Source: Candidatus Thorarchaeota archaeon
Lineage (GTDB): Archaea > Asgardarchaeota > Thorarchaeia > Thorarchaeales > Thorarchaeaceae
NCBI GenBank assembly: GCA_046758445.1
Contig: JBHIAE010000006.1
Coordinates: 1 to 64,000 of the forward strand
Length of the DNA: 64,000 bases
Direction of reading: 5' to 3'
Shown here: positions 37,315 through 47,645 of the stretch, one piece after another
How the letters are laid out: every line of letters begins with the position of its first letter
How positions within the stretch are numbered: the first letter of the stretch is position 1
Translations under genes and position numbers: made by a program
The notes under the pieces: generated by a model
Database searches by the model: none
What the model was told of the DNA's origin: nothing
What the model saw: only the letters and a program-made list of their open reading frames with translations

Positions 37315-37579
37315 ATCGGTCCCTCGCACACCAGATACCGGTCTAGTGAGTGTCCTAGGGAGGACGCTCAACGCTGAAAGTCCTGCCCCACGAGTCACTA
37401 CTTGGGTTCATGGACAGGGGTGTCATGTCTGTATTTAGCCTTTTATGGCATAAAATGGGCGAACTGACTAGTCCAGATGCCTGAAGAGTTGGCGCCCATC
37501 TCATAAGGGAGGTGTGAAGACTAGAAGGTGTTATAACAGGACTTACCGGGGTCGTACCTTGCCGGGAGGACCTGATAGC

Positions 37580-37768
37580 ATGCGTCTCATCACGGTCAAG
37601 ATGAGTGATATCTACGTGAATGGCATCGACAGGCTTGTAGAACTAGGCATGTACCCATCGCGAAGTGAAGCTATCAGAGTGGCAATACGTGATCTGCTAC
37701 GCCGTGAGCTTTGGCCAAAAGAAGGCAGTCCACTATCGGCTTCCGAGAGTTCCAAAGACGAGGATTAG
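37580..37768 (+). CDS. ribbon-helix-helix (CopG-type) regulator
   Basis: MRLITVKM..IDRLVELGMYPSRSEAIRVAIRDLL. Confidence 0.9.
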   Translation: MRLITVKMSDIYVNGIDRLVELGMYPSRSEAIRVAIRDLLRRELWPKEGSPLSASESSKDED

Positions 37769-37895
37769 ACGCGGAACTTGAACCTGGCGTACTCCATTCT
37801 TCAGGCAAAGATGTCCAGTTGTACAAGAAACACACATTAGTGCAGCAAACGTGATTGATTTCACTGTGGGCCTGCAGTAAGGAGGTTTCACGCTA

Positions 37896-38417
37896 TTGAA
37901 TTGGAGAGTTCTTTTCAAGAGCATCAAATTCGCATTCCGTGCCAAGAGACGTGTCCTCACATTCATTGTCATCTATGCCTTTCTCATTGTGATGGTATCA
38001 CGTGGACTCACAACACCAGGAGAAGAGCTTCTCTGGCTGCTTGCTGCGTTCGTGTTAGCAACACTCTATGCCGTGCTGATATCACAGTCCAGAGCGAAGG
38101 ACATAGCTATTCTCAAGTGTGTGTCCTGGAACAATGCAGACATCCTCCTTGTCTTGGTTGGAGAAGTGGTATTGGTATCTATGACAGCATTCCTACTTGT
38201 GTTTCAAGTGAGCGTGGAGCTGCTGGGCTTGGCTGCGTATTTTCAGCCCTCATTCGATGTTGGTCTGCTAACTACGCTACAGGCGTGGCTCGCCGTTCCT
38301 GCTGCATCATTGTTTATCACTCTGATTGTCATTGTGGTGCTGCAATTGCCCGGGCTTTTCGTTGCACAGCGGAGAGCCATGATGATACCGCCGATGAGGG
38401 CACTCAGGGAGGAATGA
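37896..38417 (+). CDS. minimal FtsX/MacB-type ABC permease
   Basis: RAKDIAILK, 4 TM, PMRALREE C-terminus. Confidence 0.8.
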   Translation: MNWRVLFKSIKFAFRAKRRVLTFIVIYAFLIVMVSRGLTTPGEELLWLLAAFVLATLYAVLISQSRAKDIAILKCVSWNNADILLVLVGEVVLVSMTAFLLVFQVSVELLGLAAYFQPSFDVGLLTTLQAWLAVPAASLFITLIVIVVLQLPGLFVAQRRAMMIPPMRALREE

Positions 38418-38420
38418 TGC

Positions 38421-39098
38421 ATGGGGAATCCGATAATCCAGCTTGAAGACGTCAACAAGGAGTACGGGCGAGGGAAGAAGACAGTTGCTGCCCTCAGACA
38501 TATCAATCTCGGAATCGAGCAAGGCGAGTTCGTTGCAGTTCTAGGACCTTCTGGCTGTGGGAAGTCAACTCTTCTTCATGTCATGGCAGGACTCGAGGCA
38601 CCAACCTCGGGAAGAGTCTTGCTAGATGCTGTGGATGTCACGCTAATTGGTGAGCGGGATCTTCCAAAGGTCAGAGCACAGAAGATTGGTTTCGTCTTCC
38701 AGGCCTTTCTACTGATTGAAGACCTCACTGCCTACGAGAACGTAGAAGCAGTACTCTGGCCAAGTGAGGAGATCACCAAAGAGAAACAGGAGCAGATGAC
38801 ACTCGAAGTTCTGCGTGAGGTAGACATGCTTGAGAGACGCGATCATTTTCCACGACAGATGTCTGGCGGAGAACAGCAGAGAGTTGCCATCGCAAGGGCT
38901 CTTGTGAATAGGCCACCGATTTTATTCTGTGACGAACCAACCGGCAACTTGGACTCGAAGACTGGGGATACTGTGATGAGCTACATCGCCGACCTTGCAA
39001 GGAGGAAGGGCATGACCGTAGTACTCGTGACTCACAATGAAAGTCTGACCAAGTTTGCAAAACGTGTCCTTCACATGAAGGATGGTGTCATTCGCTAG
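38421..39098 (+). CDS. ABC transporter ATP-binding protein (LolD/MacB-like)
   Basis: [34 protein letters not shown]. Confidence 0.95.
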   Translation: MGNPIIQLEDVNKEYGRGKKTVAALRHINLGIEQGEFVAVLGPSGCGKSTLLHVMAGLEAPTSGRVLLDAVDVTLIGERDLPKVRAQKIGFVFQAFLLIEDLTAYENVEAVLWPSEEITKEKQEQMTLEVLREVDMLERRDHFPRQMSGGEQQRVAIARALVNRPPILFCDEPTGNLDSKTGDTVMSYIADLARRKGMTVVLVTHNESLTKFAKRVLHMKDGVIR

Positions 39099-39201
39099 AC
39101 CGGGGCCCCTACGAAGGAGAGCGGCATTCCTCATTGGTAGAACAAACCTTTAGTATCGAGTCCTAACAGAGTTCTCCAGATTCTTCGGAGATTTAGAGGA
39201 G

Positions 39202-40032
39202 ATGCAAAAGTCCGACTGCAGCAGACAGGAGGAACTCGCAGAAGAGAAGGCCTCAGATGGAAAGCATAGAGAGGCGATGGATTCCTTCATGGCTGCGGCC
39301 AACTGCTGGAAGAGATGGGAGTATTTCGCAAAGGCCGCTATCTCCCTTGAGCGGGCGTACGAGCATGCAATGCTTGCCCAGGAGTATTCGAAGGCCGCTG
39401 AAGTAATGATAGAGGGAGGCCTCGCATGGATTAAGGAAGGGCAACATGACAAGTTTGAGATTGATTGCCAGATTGCTTCGGAGGCATATATACTGGCAGC
39501 AGAGAAAGAGAAGGACCCCAGATATTTCGTGGAAGGCTCGCTCTGTGCCATAACAGGAGGCGACCTTGAACTAGCAAGACAGCTCATTCAAGCAGCTGCC
39601 GAGATTAGTGAAACGGAATCAAACGATCAGATACTGTTCGTCCTCATGCTGAACGAGTATCGCTTCGGTGATGCAGACTTGTACATTGAAGAAGTTCTTG
39701 TCGAAGCATTGGATGTAAAGGCAATGAAGAGGACAAGACAGCATCTCTATCTAATTCTGACTGGTTTCATACGCACTTCTCTTGAGTCCGAAGCTGCCGT
39801 GACTATCGCTAGTCTCATTGAAAGCACAGGAATGAAGAGAGAGAGGCTTGTCAGACTAATCAGGAGAGGAATTGAAGAGGGGCTGATTCCCGCCTATCTT
39901 GACTCGGACTCAGAAGAGCTAGTCGTGGATACTGACCGCTATGACATCTCTGCGCTAGCAGAAAGAAAGGGGCCAATAATGAGTCGTGACCTCAAAGACC
40001 CCGGTGCTTGGGACATTGATCTTGAAGAATAG
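39202..40032 (+). CDS. alpha-SNAP/TPR-like helical protein with C-terminal PCI-like winged helix
   Basis: EAMDSFMAAANCWK..AKAA.SLERA; VTIASLIESTGM..LIRRGIEEGLIPAYLD. Confidence 0.65.
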   Translation: MQKSDCSRQEELAEEKASDGKHREAMDSFMAAANCWKRWEYFAKAAISLERAYEHAMLAQEYSKAAEVMIEGGLAWIKEGQHDKFEIDCQIASEAYILAAEKEKDPRYFVEGSLCAITGGDLELARQLIQAAAEISETESNDQILFVLMLNEYRFGDADLYIEEVLVEALDVKAMKRTRQHLYLILTGFIRTSLESEAAVTIASLIESTGMKRERLVRLIRRGIEEGLIPAYLDSDSEELVVDTDRYDISALAERKGPIMSRDLKDPGAWDIDLEE

Positions 40033-40218
40033 CGGCAAACTGAAGTAAGAGTCAAGATTCTTGCGGCTTCTTTTACTGTACCAGAACTGGCGAGCTGAAA
40101 CGGTGCGAATCTACCACCAGTTGGACCTTTGACCCACGGGATTCCGACTGGAAAACGTTTTTAGTACGATTGCTGAATCTCACAACCTGCCGACTCTCTC
40201 AAGGTAAAGGTGGTCTTG

Positions 40219-40437
40219 ATGGCTGAAAGCCTGAAGTGGTTGCAGTGCCCTGCCTGTAAGAAGACAATCTTCTGGGAGATTCCAGTCAAGGCGCTCAAGA
40301 AAGTCAAACGCTTTCCAGTGGCCGTCATAGTCAAACACCTTGACCACCATGTTGTATGTTATGTGGACAGCCATCAGCAGCTCGCTGACACAGAGGTGGC
40401 TGCTGCATACATAGAGGGCAAAGCCAAAGAAGACTAG
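40219..40437 (+). CDS. small Zn-binding protein
   Basis: CPAC...HLDH, YVD. Confidence 0.75.
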   Translation: MAESLKWLQCPACKKTIFWEIPVKALKKVKRFPVAVIVKHLDHHVVCYVDSHQQLADTEVAAAYIEGKAKED

Positions 40438-40446
40438 CTAACGTTC

Positions 40447-41016
40447 TCATTTGATGCCATTGTCCATTGCCCACTCGAGTACTCTAGAGGCTTGAGCGCT
40501 TGCCATGCCCCAGGACTTGAGTTTTGCAACCAGACTGCGTATCCCTGAAACCCAATCAGTCAGCAATTCCTGTATTCTCTTATCCAAGCCCGAGTCTTCT
40601 ACCTGTCTGAGGACAGGCAGTAGCTTGTCTACCCACGTTTGTGATAGAACAAGCAGGGTTTCTAGTCGTGCAATCCATTCCTCTCTTGGAAGACCGGTCA
40701 GTGTCTGTGCTACGGCTAGGTGATAATCATATTGTGCCGTCAGGTATCTTAGCCGCCAACTTAGAATCTCAATCAGAAGTGTCCTATAGTCATTACTTGG
40801 AGCGGTCTTCATGAGAAGAGTCAGAAAGCGTTCACACATCTCATCTGCAGACTGGCTGGCCTCGTAGTAGAGGGCCATTGCTTGCTGAAACTGCTCAGAC
40901 TCCAGGAGCTCGTCGGCCTCTTTCACTGCATCCTTGAAACGCTTCAGCAAAGTGCGCGTAGCTCCACTTGCTTTCGTTTCCCGTTTCTTCTTTCGACGCG
41001 AGCTCACCAGTTTCAC
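40447..41016 (-). CDS. hypothetical all-helical protein
   Basis: 189-aa ORF with GTGA RBS-like sequence. Confidence 0.75.
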   Translation of the reverse strand: MKLVSSRRKKKRETKASGATRTLLKRFKDAVKEADELLESEQFQQAMALYYEASQSADEMCERFLTLLMKTAPSNDYRTLLIEILSWRLRYLTAQYDYHLAVAQTLTGLPREEWIARLETLLVLSQTWVDKLLPVLRQVEDSGLDKRIQELLTDWVSGIRSLVAKLKSWGMASAQASRVLEWAMDNGIK

Positions 41017-41188
41017 CGACTAATCACACTCACTAGGCTTCTAGGACTCCTTTTCACACGATCCGACTCGCGCTTCAAATCCATGGACATAGTGGTGTGC
41101 GATATCCAGATTATCACATTGTCTGGAGTCCACCACAACAGGAACACCCTAAAAGGTGTCTATGATGTCCTCACTTACTAGGGTCAGT

Positions 41189-42184
41189 TTAGTCAGTGGT
41201 ATCTGGTCGATCCATTGGGGGGAGATTCCCGGACTTATACTCATCGGTGGCCTTCACCCAGTTCATGAATTCTGCGCCAGGAGGATGCATTGAGTACAGT
41301 TCCTTCCTCTTGGCCTCCAGACACGATACTTCTACGCCTGCTATCTCGGCCATTGTCTTCAACTCATTTCCGGTCTTACTTGCTTCTGCCATCACCGGAT
41401 AGAGCCAGGCTTCCCAGTTGTCCGATCGCATTAAGTGGTGGTCCACAATCAGCAGTGAAACACGAGAGGCCAAGAGCTTGAGGGACGAGAGTGCAGACTG
41501 CTTCTGCGATTTCCTGAATCGGTTCAAGTACATTGGCGGACCTCCGACAATTGCCACATCAGAGTTCTGGGATAGCATGTATTCCAGTGTGTCTTTTACT
41601 AGTGGACCTTGGACATCTGGAGCAAAGAGTATCCGTGTATCCGAGTGCTCAATTGTTGTCGCAATAACATAGCCAAGACTTGTGTCCACAGGTCCGTGCG
41701 GGAGCGGATGTGAATGGAGTACATTGGTTTCACCAAATGAATACGCCTTTCCGTCTGACCACCTAATCTCCTCAACAACCCCCTTGGTATCCCTTTCAAA
41801 GTAGAATCCCCTTTTCCTCTGAGATGCATTAACATGCTCTCTGTTGTCTTTGGCAAAGACCAGTTTATCTTCAAAGATTCGTTGGAGTTCTTCTCGTGAG
41901 CTTAGATTGTACCGAAAGTCAGTGAATCCAGGACGTACATGATCATAATGGTAGTGTGACACAGACAAGATATCTGAATTCCGGGCCTCGACGAATATGC
42001 GTTCTAGACTCTTCATGAGAGCACGATATTCTTGTGGATGTGGCTCTAGACCTCCACGCATTGCCAAGGCGGCCGAGGGGTCCAGCATGATTGTGATGTC
42101 CGGAGTCGACACTTTGGTACAAAGGGACCGCACCCCAATACTCTCGGCAGCAATAGGGACAACGTCAATCTCGCCGATTCTCAA
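41189..42184 (-). CDS. UPF0282-family MBL-fold hydrolase
   Basis: AAESIGVRS, SHYHYDH, DVQGP, GGPP.YL, DHHLMR. Confidence 0.9.
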   Translation of the reverse strand: MRIGEIDVVPIAAESIGVRSLCTKVSTPDITIMLDPSAALAMRGGLEPHPQEYRALMKSLERIFVEARNSDILSVSHYHYDHVRPGFTDFRYNLSSREELQRIFEDKLVFAKDNREHVNASQRKRGFYFERDTKGVVEEIRWSDGKAYSFGETNVLHSHPLPHGPVDTSLGYVIATTIEHSDTRILFAPDVQGPLVKDTLEYMLSQNSDVAIVGGPPMYLNRFRKSQKQSALSSLKLLASRVSLLIVDHHLMRSDNWEAWLYPVMAEASKTGNELKTMAEIAGVEVSCLEAKRKELYSMHPPGAEFMNWVKATDEYKSGNLPPMDRPDTTD

Positions 42185-42675
42185 TCTAAGGCCTTCCTGT
42201 AGTATCTAAGTTTGTAAGTACCATTGTCATGTTCCAGCTCTGCCTCATAAAGCTGTGACGAAACACTTCTTTCTCTGAAGCAGTTGAACATATGCAAATC
42301 AGAGGGAAGGAACTGCTCACTAAGGTCAGTCACCTCTTCGGCAGAGAAGAGCGCTAGCTCGCCTTCTCGGTGATTCCCCTGAAAATCACTTATCTCCGCT
42401 GAACCGACGAAAATCAGAAAATGATTTGAGAGTGCACCATCAACCCCGACAAGTCTCTCAGAAACTATGCCCCTATACTGGTAGCTGTCTACGTGCTGGG
42501 TGCCTGTTTCTTCAATGATCTCTCGAATTGCGGCTTCCCGTACGTGCTCTCCAAGGTTGACCTTGCCACCGATCATGCTCCATAGATTCTCATAAGGCGG
42601 GTTTCTCCGCTTCAGAAACAGGTAGCGGTCGTCACAACGGATGATGGCTATTGCGATTGGAACAAGAGTAGGCAT
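42181..42675 (-). CDS. NUDIX hydrolase
   Basis: GGKVNLGEHVREAAIREIIEETG Nudix box. Confidence 0.92.
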   Translation of the reverse strand: MPTLVPIAIAIIRCDDRYLFLKRRNPPYENLWSMIGGKVNLGEHVREAAIREIIEETGTQHVDSYQYRGIVSERLVGVDGALSNHFLIFVGSAEISDFQGNHREGELALFSAEEVTDLSEQFLPSDLHMFNCFRERSVSSQLYEAELEHDNGTYKLRYYRKALD

Positions 42676-42803
42676 GATGGAAACCTCATGATGTTGATCA
42701 GAACGACGTTGGTCATCTATCAAGCCCTCCTCCCGCTTTAAAGATAGAGTAGAAGCGAACATTCAAAGCAGGCTGGCAAGTCCTTTCTGAATGGGTATCG
42801 GAC

Positions 42804-44261
42804 GTGAGCAAGATTCTCTCCCACGAAGTCAGAACATCGGTCTTAGCAGAGCTCACTCCAACTGTGAGTGAGATTGAGATGCAGGCGGCTGTCATTGGCA
42901 AACTGAAAGAGGCACTTGAGAATCATGCTGGGTCCGGCGACTTCCCCTATTCCTTCATAGCAGCCCAGGGTTCAACAGGAAAGAAGCAAACCCAGCTAAG
43001 GGGTGCATCCGACCTAGACGTCTTTGTGGCGTTAAAGAAGAGGGATTTCGAAGAGATACTGGAATTGGACGTAAAAAGGAGGACGCAGGCTATTGACCAG
43101 CTGATGGAAGATATGGTTGACAACTGGTTTGCTCCAGCGCTTGACAGTATTGGGGCGAAATCACTTCAGAAGGCGTTCTCGCAGCACCCATATCTATCCC
43201 TTGTGATGGACGGTTTCGACGTAGACATTGTATCCTGCTTCGATCTAACTTTCAATGAACTAGCAGAAGATGGACCCATTACTGTGATGGACCGCACTAT
43301 CCATCATACAGAGTATGTTGCGAATCATCTAAACAGCAATCTCAGAGAAGACGTGAGGATGCTCAAATCATTTGTAAGAGCCAGTCACTCCTACGGAGAT
43401 ACCTGCGCAGTTGGCCGAATGGGATTCACAGGCTATGCGATTGAACTACTTGTCATACTCAAGGGAGGCTTCGACGACGCGTTAGAAGCTCTCCTGCGAC
43501 TCGACCTAGAACCTGTCGACCCCTTGGAGCGGAGCCTCAACACTCTTAGGCAGATTCCTACGTTCAAGGATGACCACATCTTCATAATCGATCCGACTGA
43601 TACAAGCAGGAATGTCGCATCTAGCTTCGACGCCAGAGCCTATCGACTTCTCAATGCTCTGGGGAAGCTCGTTGTCGATCTATCGCACAGGGGCGATACC
43701 AGTCAAGTGATGAACCTTCTCCTTGAGAAGCCAATCCCGAAAACGCCCCTACCGCTCTGGTTCACAAAGCAAGCCCTAGTTCATGAGTTTGTGTCAGATG
43801 GAGAAGTTCATTACACAGTCCTCAGAGACAAGCTTCACAGTCTTGCGAAGAGGATAGTGAGTGAGCTTCAGCGTGAACCCACAGGCGAAGACCGATTCGG
43901 CGAAGCACTGTCTGAGGTCTACTTCGAGGGCACTAGGTTTGCTGTTGGATTCCTTGTTGAAAAGACAGCCATCTCTGACGATTATGAAAGAAGAGGACCA
44001 CCACTCGACTTACCGATAGCGGTCGATAGTTTTACAGAAGCGCATCCTAACGCGTTTGAGAGAGATGGTCATCTCTGGGTACTGGAACGCAGGAAATGGA
44101 CAAGAGCCAAGAGTCTAGTAGATTCATTGATTGAAGAGAATTCGATAGAGGGACTGTCACCGGTCGCTCTGAGTGATACTTCTGTCAGGCTACAGTACGT
44201 CATGCAGGAATATGTCCTTGCTGTGGAAAACGAGTTCCCCATCTCGCCTGTGCAAGGGTAG
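42804..44261 (+). CDS. cca: class I (archaeal) CCA-adding enzyme
   Basis: GS..K.T.LRG.SDLDVF, HPY, VDIV, DRT.HHT, GFTGY.IELL, IIDP.D..RNVA. Confidence 0.9.
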   Translation: MSKILSHEVRTSVLAELTPTVSEIEMQAAVIGKLKEALENHAGSGDFPYSFIAAQGSTGKKQTQLRGASDLDVFVALKKRDFEEILELDVKRRTQAIDQLMEDMVDNWFAPALDSIGAKSLQKAFSQHPYLSLVMDGFDVDIVSCFDLTFNELAEDGPITVMDRTIHHTEYVANHLNSNLREDVRMLKSFVRASHSYGDTCAVGRMGFTGYAIELLVILKGGFDDALEALLRLDLEPVDPLERSLNTLRQIPTFKDDHIFIIDPTDTSRNVASSFDARAYRLLNALGKLVVDLSHRGDTSQVMNLLLEKPIPKTPLPLWFTKQALVHEFVSDGEVHYTVLRDKLHSLAKRIVSELQREPTGEDRFGEALSEVYFEGTRFAVGFLVEKTAISDDYERRGPPLDLPIAVDSFTEAHPNAFERDGHLWVLERRKWTRAKSLVDSLIEENSIEGLSPVALSDTSVRLQYVMQEYVLAVENEFPISPVQG

Positions 44262-44298
44262 AAAAGGGAACCGTGCTGCTTCCTGCTCGTGAGCTTCT

Positions 44299-45372
44299 TT
44301 GCCGGCCGACAACATCAAGCTGATCCATCAGCCCACAACTGATAAACACGTCCATCCCTTCCCGAAACCCAATCTAGGAGCTTTTGAAACGCCACTCAGG
44401 ATACAGATGGCTTTACGTTACTTGCAGAATGAAGGAGTCTTGAAGAATCTCGTGAAGTCCAGCGCTCCAAAAGCGAAGCTAGAGGAGGCCCTCCATGTCC
44501 ATTCTTCGTATCTAGTTCACACGGTCGAGATAATGTCTGAACTTGGTGGTGGAGAATTGGGAGAGTATGCTTATGCGAGTCCAGACCTGCTTCGTTCAGT
44601 GCTGCACGCTTTGGGGGGAGCTCTGCGGGCAGCGAGTTTGGTGGTGATGGACAAGGCAAAGCATGCATTCGCACTTGTTCGTCCTCCAGGACATCACGCT
44701 ACTTCATCGTCCCCAATGGGACTCTGCTATTTCAATAACGTCGCCGTTGCTGTCAGATCACTGATAAGGAATCATGGAGTCGAGCGCGTTTCCATTCTGG
44801 ATATTGATAGCCATCATGGGAACGGCACTGCAGAAATCTTCTACAGTGACCCAAATGTTCAGTATATCTCGGTACACGAGTATGACTATGAGAACTTCGG
44901 GATAGGACATTATGATGAAATTGGGCATGGAGATGGATTGGGCACGAATGTGAATATACCCCTCGTAGAGTCCTCACCAGATATTTCCTATCGTATGGCA
45001 ATTGAACAAGTGATGGCCCCTGCTGTAGAGAATTTCAGACCGGACATTGTGGCAGTATCAGCCGGGTACGACGCACACTATGCAGATCCTGTGGGAAATA
45101 TGGATGTCGACTCCAGAACCTTCTGGCTACTTGGAAGTACTGTGGAGAAACTTGTTCAAACATTAGGTCTAAAGGGCTCATTCTGGGTCTTAGAGGGAGG
45201 GTACAATCCCCTTGCTCTGGGACCGTGTGTTCATGGAACTGTTGAGGGTCTCCTGGGCAAACGACAACCCACACTCGATGATCAAACAGAAAGAAAAGAA
45301 CACAAGCTACTAATGAACGCAAACAAGCAGGTGATTGAGCAGGTACTAGAAACTCACTCACCCTTTCTTTAA
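44299..45372 (+). CDS. histone deacetylase family protein
   Basis: RPPGHHA, GLCYFNN, DIDSHHGNGT, SAGYDAH..DP, LEGGY. Confidence 0.95.
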   Translation: MPADNIKLIHQPTTDKHVHPFPKPNLGAFETPLRIQMALRYLQNEGVLKNLVKSSAPKAKLEEALHVHSSYLVHTVEIMSELGGGELGEYAYASPDLLRSVLHALGGALRAASLVVMDKAKHAFALVRPPGHHATSSSPMGLCYFNNVAVAVRSLIRNHGVERVSILDIDSHHGNGTAEIFYSDPNVQYISVHEYDYENFGIGHYDEIGHGDGLGTNVNIPLVESSPDISYRMAIEQVMAPAVENFRPDIVAVSAGYDAHYADPVGNMDVDSRTFWLLGSTVEKLVQTLGLKGSFWVLEGGYNPLALGPCVHGTVEGLLGKRQPTLDDQTERKEHKLLMNANKQVIEQVLETHSPFL

Positions 45373-45473
45373 CGCGAATGCAGTCATTTCTCTTAACAAC
45401 ACCGCCCTTTATGCACAACGTTTTAAGGCCATAGAACTTGGGCGACTCCAGTACCAGTAGTGGTGAAGAACAA

Positions 45474-45761
45474 GTGGGAAAGAAAAGGAAATCCGGCGGA
45501 CGCAGCAAAGGCAGCTCTGGCAAGAGTGGGACAGTGCAGTGCTCGAAGTGCGGCCGTATCGTACCGACTGACAAGGCCAAGAGACACACTAGACGAGTGT
45601 CAGCAGTCGATCCGCAGTTGGCTCGCGAGTTAAGGCAGCAAGGCAGCTTCATACAGACACGTAAAGTCACGCAGTACTACTGCGTTAGTTGTGCCGTACA
45701 CTCAGGCAGAGTCCAGATAAGGCAGGCCTCCCAGAGAAGGGACAGGCGAAAGCGTCGTTAA
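45474..45761 (+). CDS. rps26e: 30S ribosomal protein eS26
   Basis: KKRKSGGRSKG, CSKCGR.VP.DKA, YCVSCAVH. Confidence 0.95.
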   Translation: MGKKRKSGGRSKGSSGKSGTVQCSKCGRIVPTDKAKRHTRRVSAVDPQLARELRQQGSFIQTRKVTQYYCVSCAVHSGRVQIRQASQRRDRRKRR

Positions 45762-45823
45762 CATAACTGTAACATGATCGATCTCTTGTACCAACCGAGT
45801 CGTAGAAGCACCCACAACCTTAG

Positions 45824-46444
45824 TTGGTCCTCCAAATGGTGAATGATGAAGCCATACTGAGGTTCATTCTCGTTCTTCCAAGAATACCTGAAACGGGACA
45901 GTTCAGGCTAAAGGATCTACCAGGGTCAGGAGGAAGGGTGGACATTCTCTGCAGGTCACTTGCGGCTTGTTTTGATTGGGGTCCAGCCACTTGGTCACTA
46001 TCAAGACTTGAACTAGTAGCAGTTGTAGGGGGGAATGTCACGCTACGATTTGAGAGCCCTGACAAGGTGCTTCGAAGAGGCGAAACGCATTGGGCACGTG
46101 TGATTAGAGGCGTCCTAGAAGGAGAGACGTCGCCAGCAGTTTCTTATGAGAGCAGGAGCCTAGACGAGCTTCTAACGGACATCTTATCCAGTCCGCATGA
46201 GAAGGTTTGGGCTCTTGAAGAGTCAGGAGAATCTCTAGATCTGCGTACAGACCTAGTCCCTAGAGGAAAGAACAGTTTTATGCTTGGAGACCATCGAGGC
46301 TTCGATTCCACAGCTATTCGGGCAATAGATGACCACAGCATTTATCGTCTGACGCTCGGAAATACTAGCTACCCTACTAGCCATTGCGTAGCCGCGATTA
46401 TCTCACGGTTCGAAGGAATGGTTGATGATGACGCAGGCAGATGA
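45824..46444 (+). CDS. trmY: tRNA pseudouridine(54)-N1 methyltransferase (SPOUT)
   Basis: KDLPGSGGRVDILCR, LEESG, FMLGDHRG. Confidence 0.88.
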   Translation: MVLQMVNDEAILRFILVLPRIPETGQFRLKDLPGSGGRVDILCRSLAACFDWGPATWSLSRLELVAVVGGNVTLRFESPDKVLRRGETHWARVIRGVLEGETSPAVSYESRSLDELLTDILSSPHEKVWALEESGESLDLRTDLVPRGKNSFMLGDHRGFDSTAIRAIDDHSIYRLTLGNTSYPTSHCVAAIISRFEGMVDDDAGR

Positions 46445-46784
46445 TGACCGATCTTCTAAGGATCCAAAGGCCATGACAAGGCTGGTCAATAAACTCACAA
46501 AAGAGGTTCTTTGGATATACATACTCCGTCTACTCCAAGAGAGACCCCTTTATGGATATGAAATAAAGGAGCTAGTCACCAAGAGGTTCGGATTCTCTCC
46601 CGCAGTCGTCAGTGGCTATGCTATCATATATCGATTGACAAAGGATGGTCTAATCCAGGGGCAGACGTCCAGTGACTCCACTCGCAAGTATTATGAGATA
46701 ACTGAGAAGGGTCGCGAGGCAATGCAGATGGCAAAGCAGTTCCTTTCGACAACCATTTCCAGTGTGTTCGACTTGACAGAATAA
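46422..46784 (+). CDS. PadR-family transcriptional regulator
   Basis: YILRLL.ERPLYGYEI, RKYYEITEKG. Confidence 0.92.
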   Translation: MMMTQADDDRSSKDPKAMTRLVNKLTKEVLWIYILRLLQERPLYGYEIKELVTKRFGFSPAVVSGYAIIYRLTKDGLIQGQTSSDSTRKYYEITEKGREAMQMAKQFLSTTISSVFDLTE

Positions 46785-46857
46785 CACTTCCTTATCGTCA
46801 TTGTCTGTCAACCAAACACTGCGAGAACCCGATTCGTCATGGTGACTTGGCCACGCT

Positions 46858-47580
46858 TTACCTCTCCGATGCCATGATGACTTTCCGGGCGTATGCAAGT
46901 CTCTGTACGACTGTAATATGTGACAACACACCTACAATCACGATGCAAACAGTGAGCACGTTGGTTACCTGAATGAGTGTGAACCACTCAGCTACCGAAG
47001 ACGGGAAGAATGACAGAAAGTCCATCCAGAGGTTGGTTGGGAACAGTGCAAGGAGCAGAATGCCCGCGAACGTCAGGATGAGTTTCTCTTGTCGTTCTGC
47101 AATACCCACACTACAGCTATCCATCCCGCCAACGGACTCGGCCTTTGCTCTTGCGAAGCTTGCCATTATCATCCCAAAAAGCGAGAAGATACCCCAGGAC
47201 CAAGGCAGAAATGCGCCACCAGGAGATAGAGGCCACCATGGGACTGATACGACTGTTGTAGGGCCCAGCATTAGCCCAAACAGGAAGAAGAACTCGGCGT
47301 ACCTGTCAAGAGTATGATCAAACGTTGCACCAAACTTCGAACCAAGATTCGCGGCTCGGGCCACAGCCCCATCAAACATATCCATTACGACAGTCAGCAA
47401 CATAAGTCCGAAGCCCAGTAATAGGTCCCCCAGATAGAAGACATAGGCTGTAAGTATGGCCACGAGAAGTGTCAGGCCGGTTATCATGTTAGGAGTGATT
47501 CCAGTCTTGGCCAAAATGCGTCCGACGGGCATCATTGCCTTTTGATATCTTTCTCGCAATTCGCCAAGCATGAGATTCAC
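46858..47580 (-). CDS. CDP-alcohol phosphatidyltransferase (archaetidylinositol phosphate synthase-like)
   Basis: TPNMIT, DMFDGAVAR..G..FDHTLDR, RAKAE, ERQE. Confidence 0.9.
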   Translation of the reverse strand: MNLMLGELRERYQKAMMPVGRILAKTGITPNMITGLTLLVAILTAYVFYLGDLLLGFGLMLLTVVMDMFDGAVARAANLGSKFGATFDHTLDRYAEFFFLFGLMLGPTTVVSVPWWPLSPGGAFLPWSWGIFSLFGMIMASFARAKAESVGGMDSCSVGIAERQEKLILTFAGILLLALFPTNLWMDFLSFFPSSVAEWFTLIQVTNVLTVCIVIVGVLSHITVVQRLAYARKVIMASER

Positions 47581-47645
47581 TTTTCCAGGACCCGGGGTCG
47601 GGCTTCGCCCACTTGAATTGCGTTAATAAACGTGTTGTGGGATGC

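Noticed and set aside
37901-38446. 181-aa Cys-rich alternative-frame ORF
   Set aside because: Off-frame shadow of the hydrophobic permease gene.
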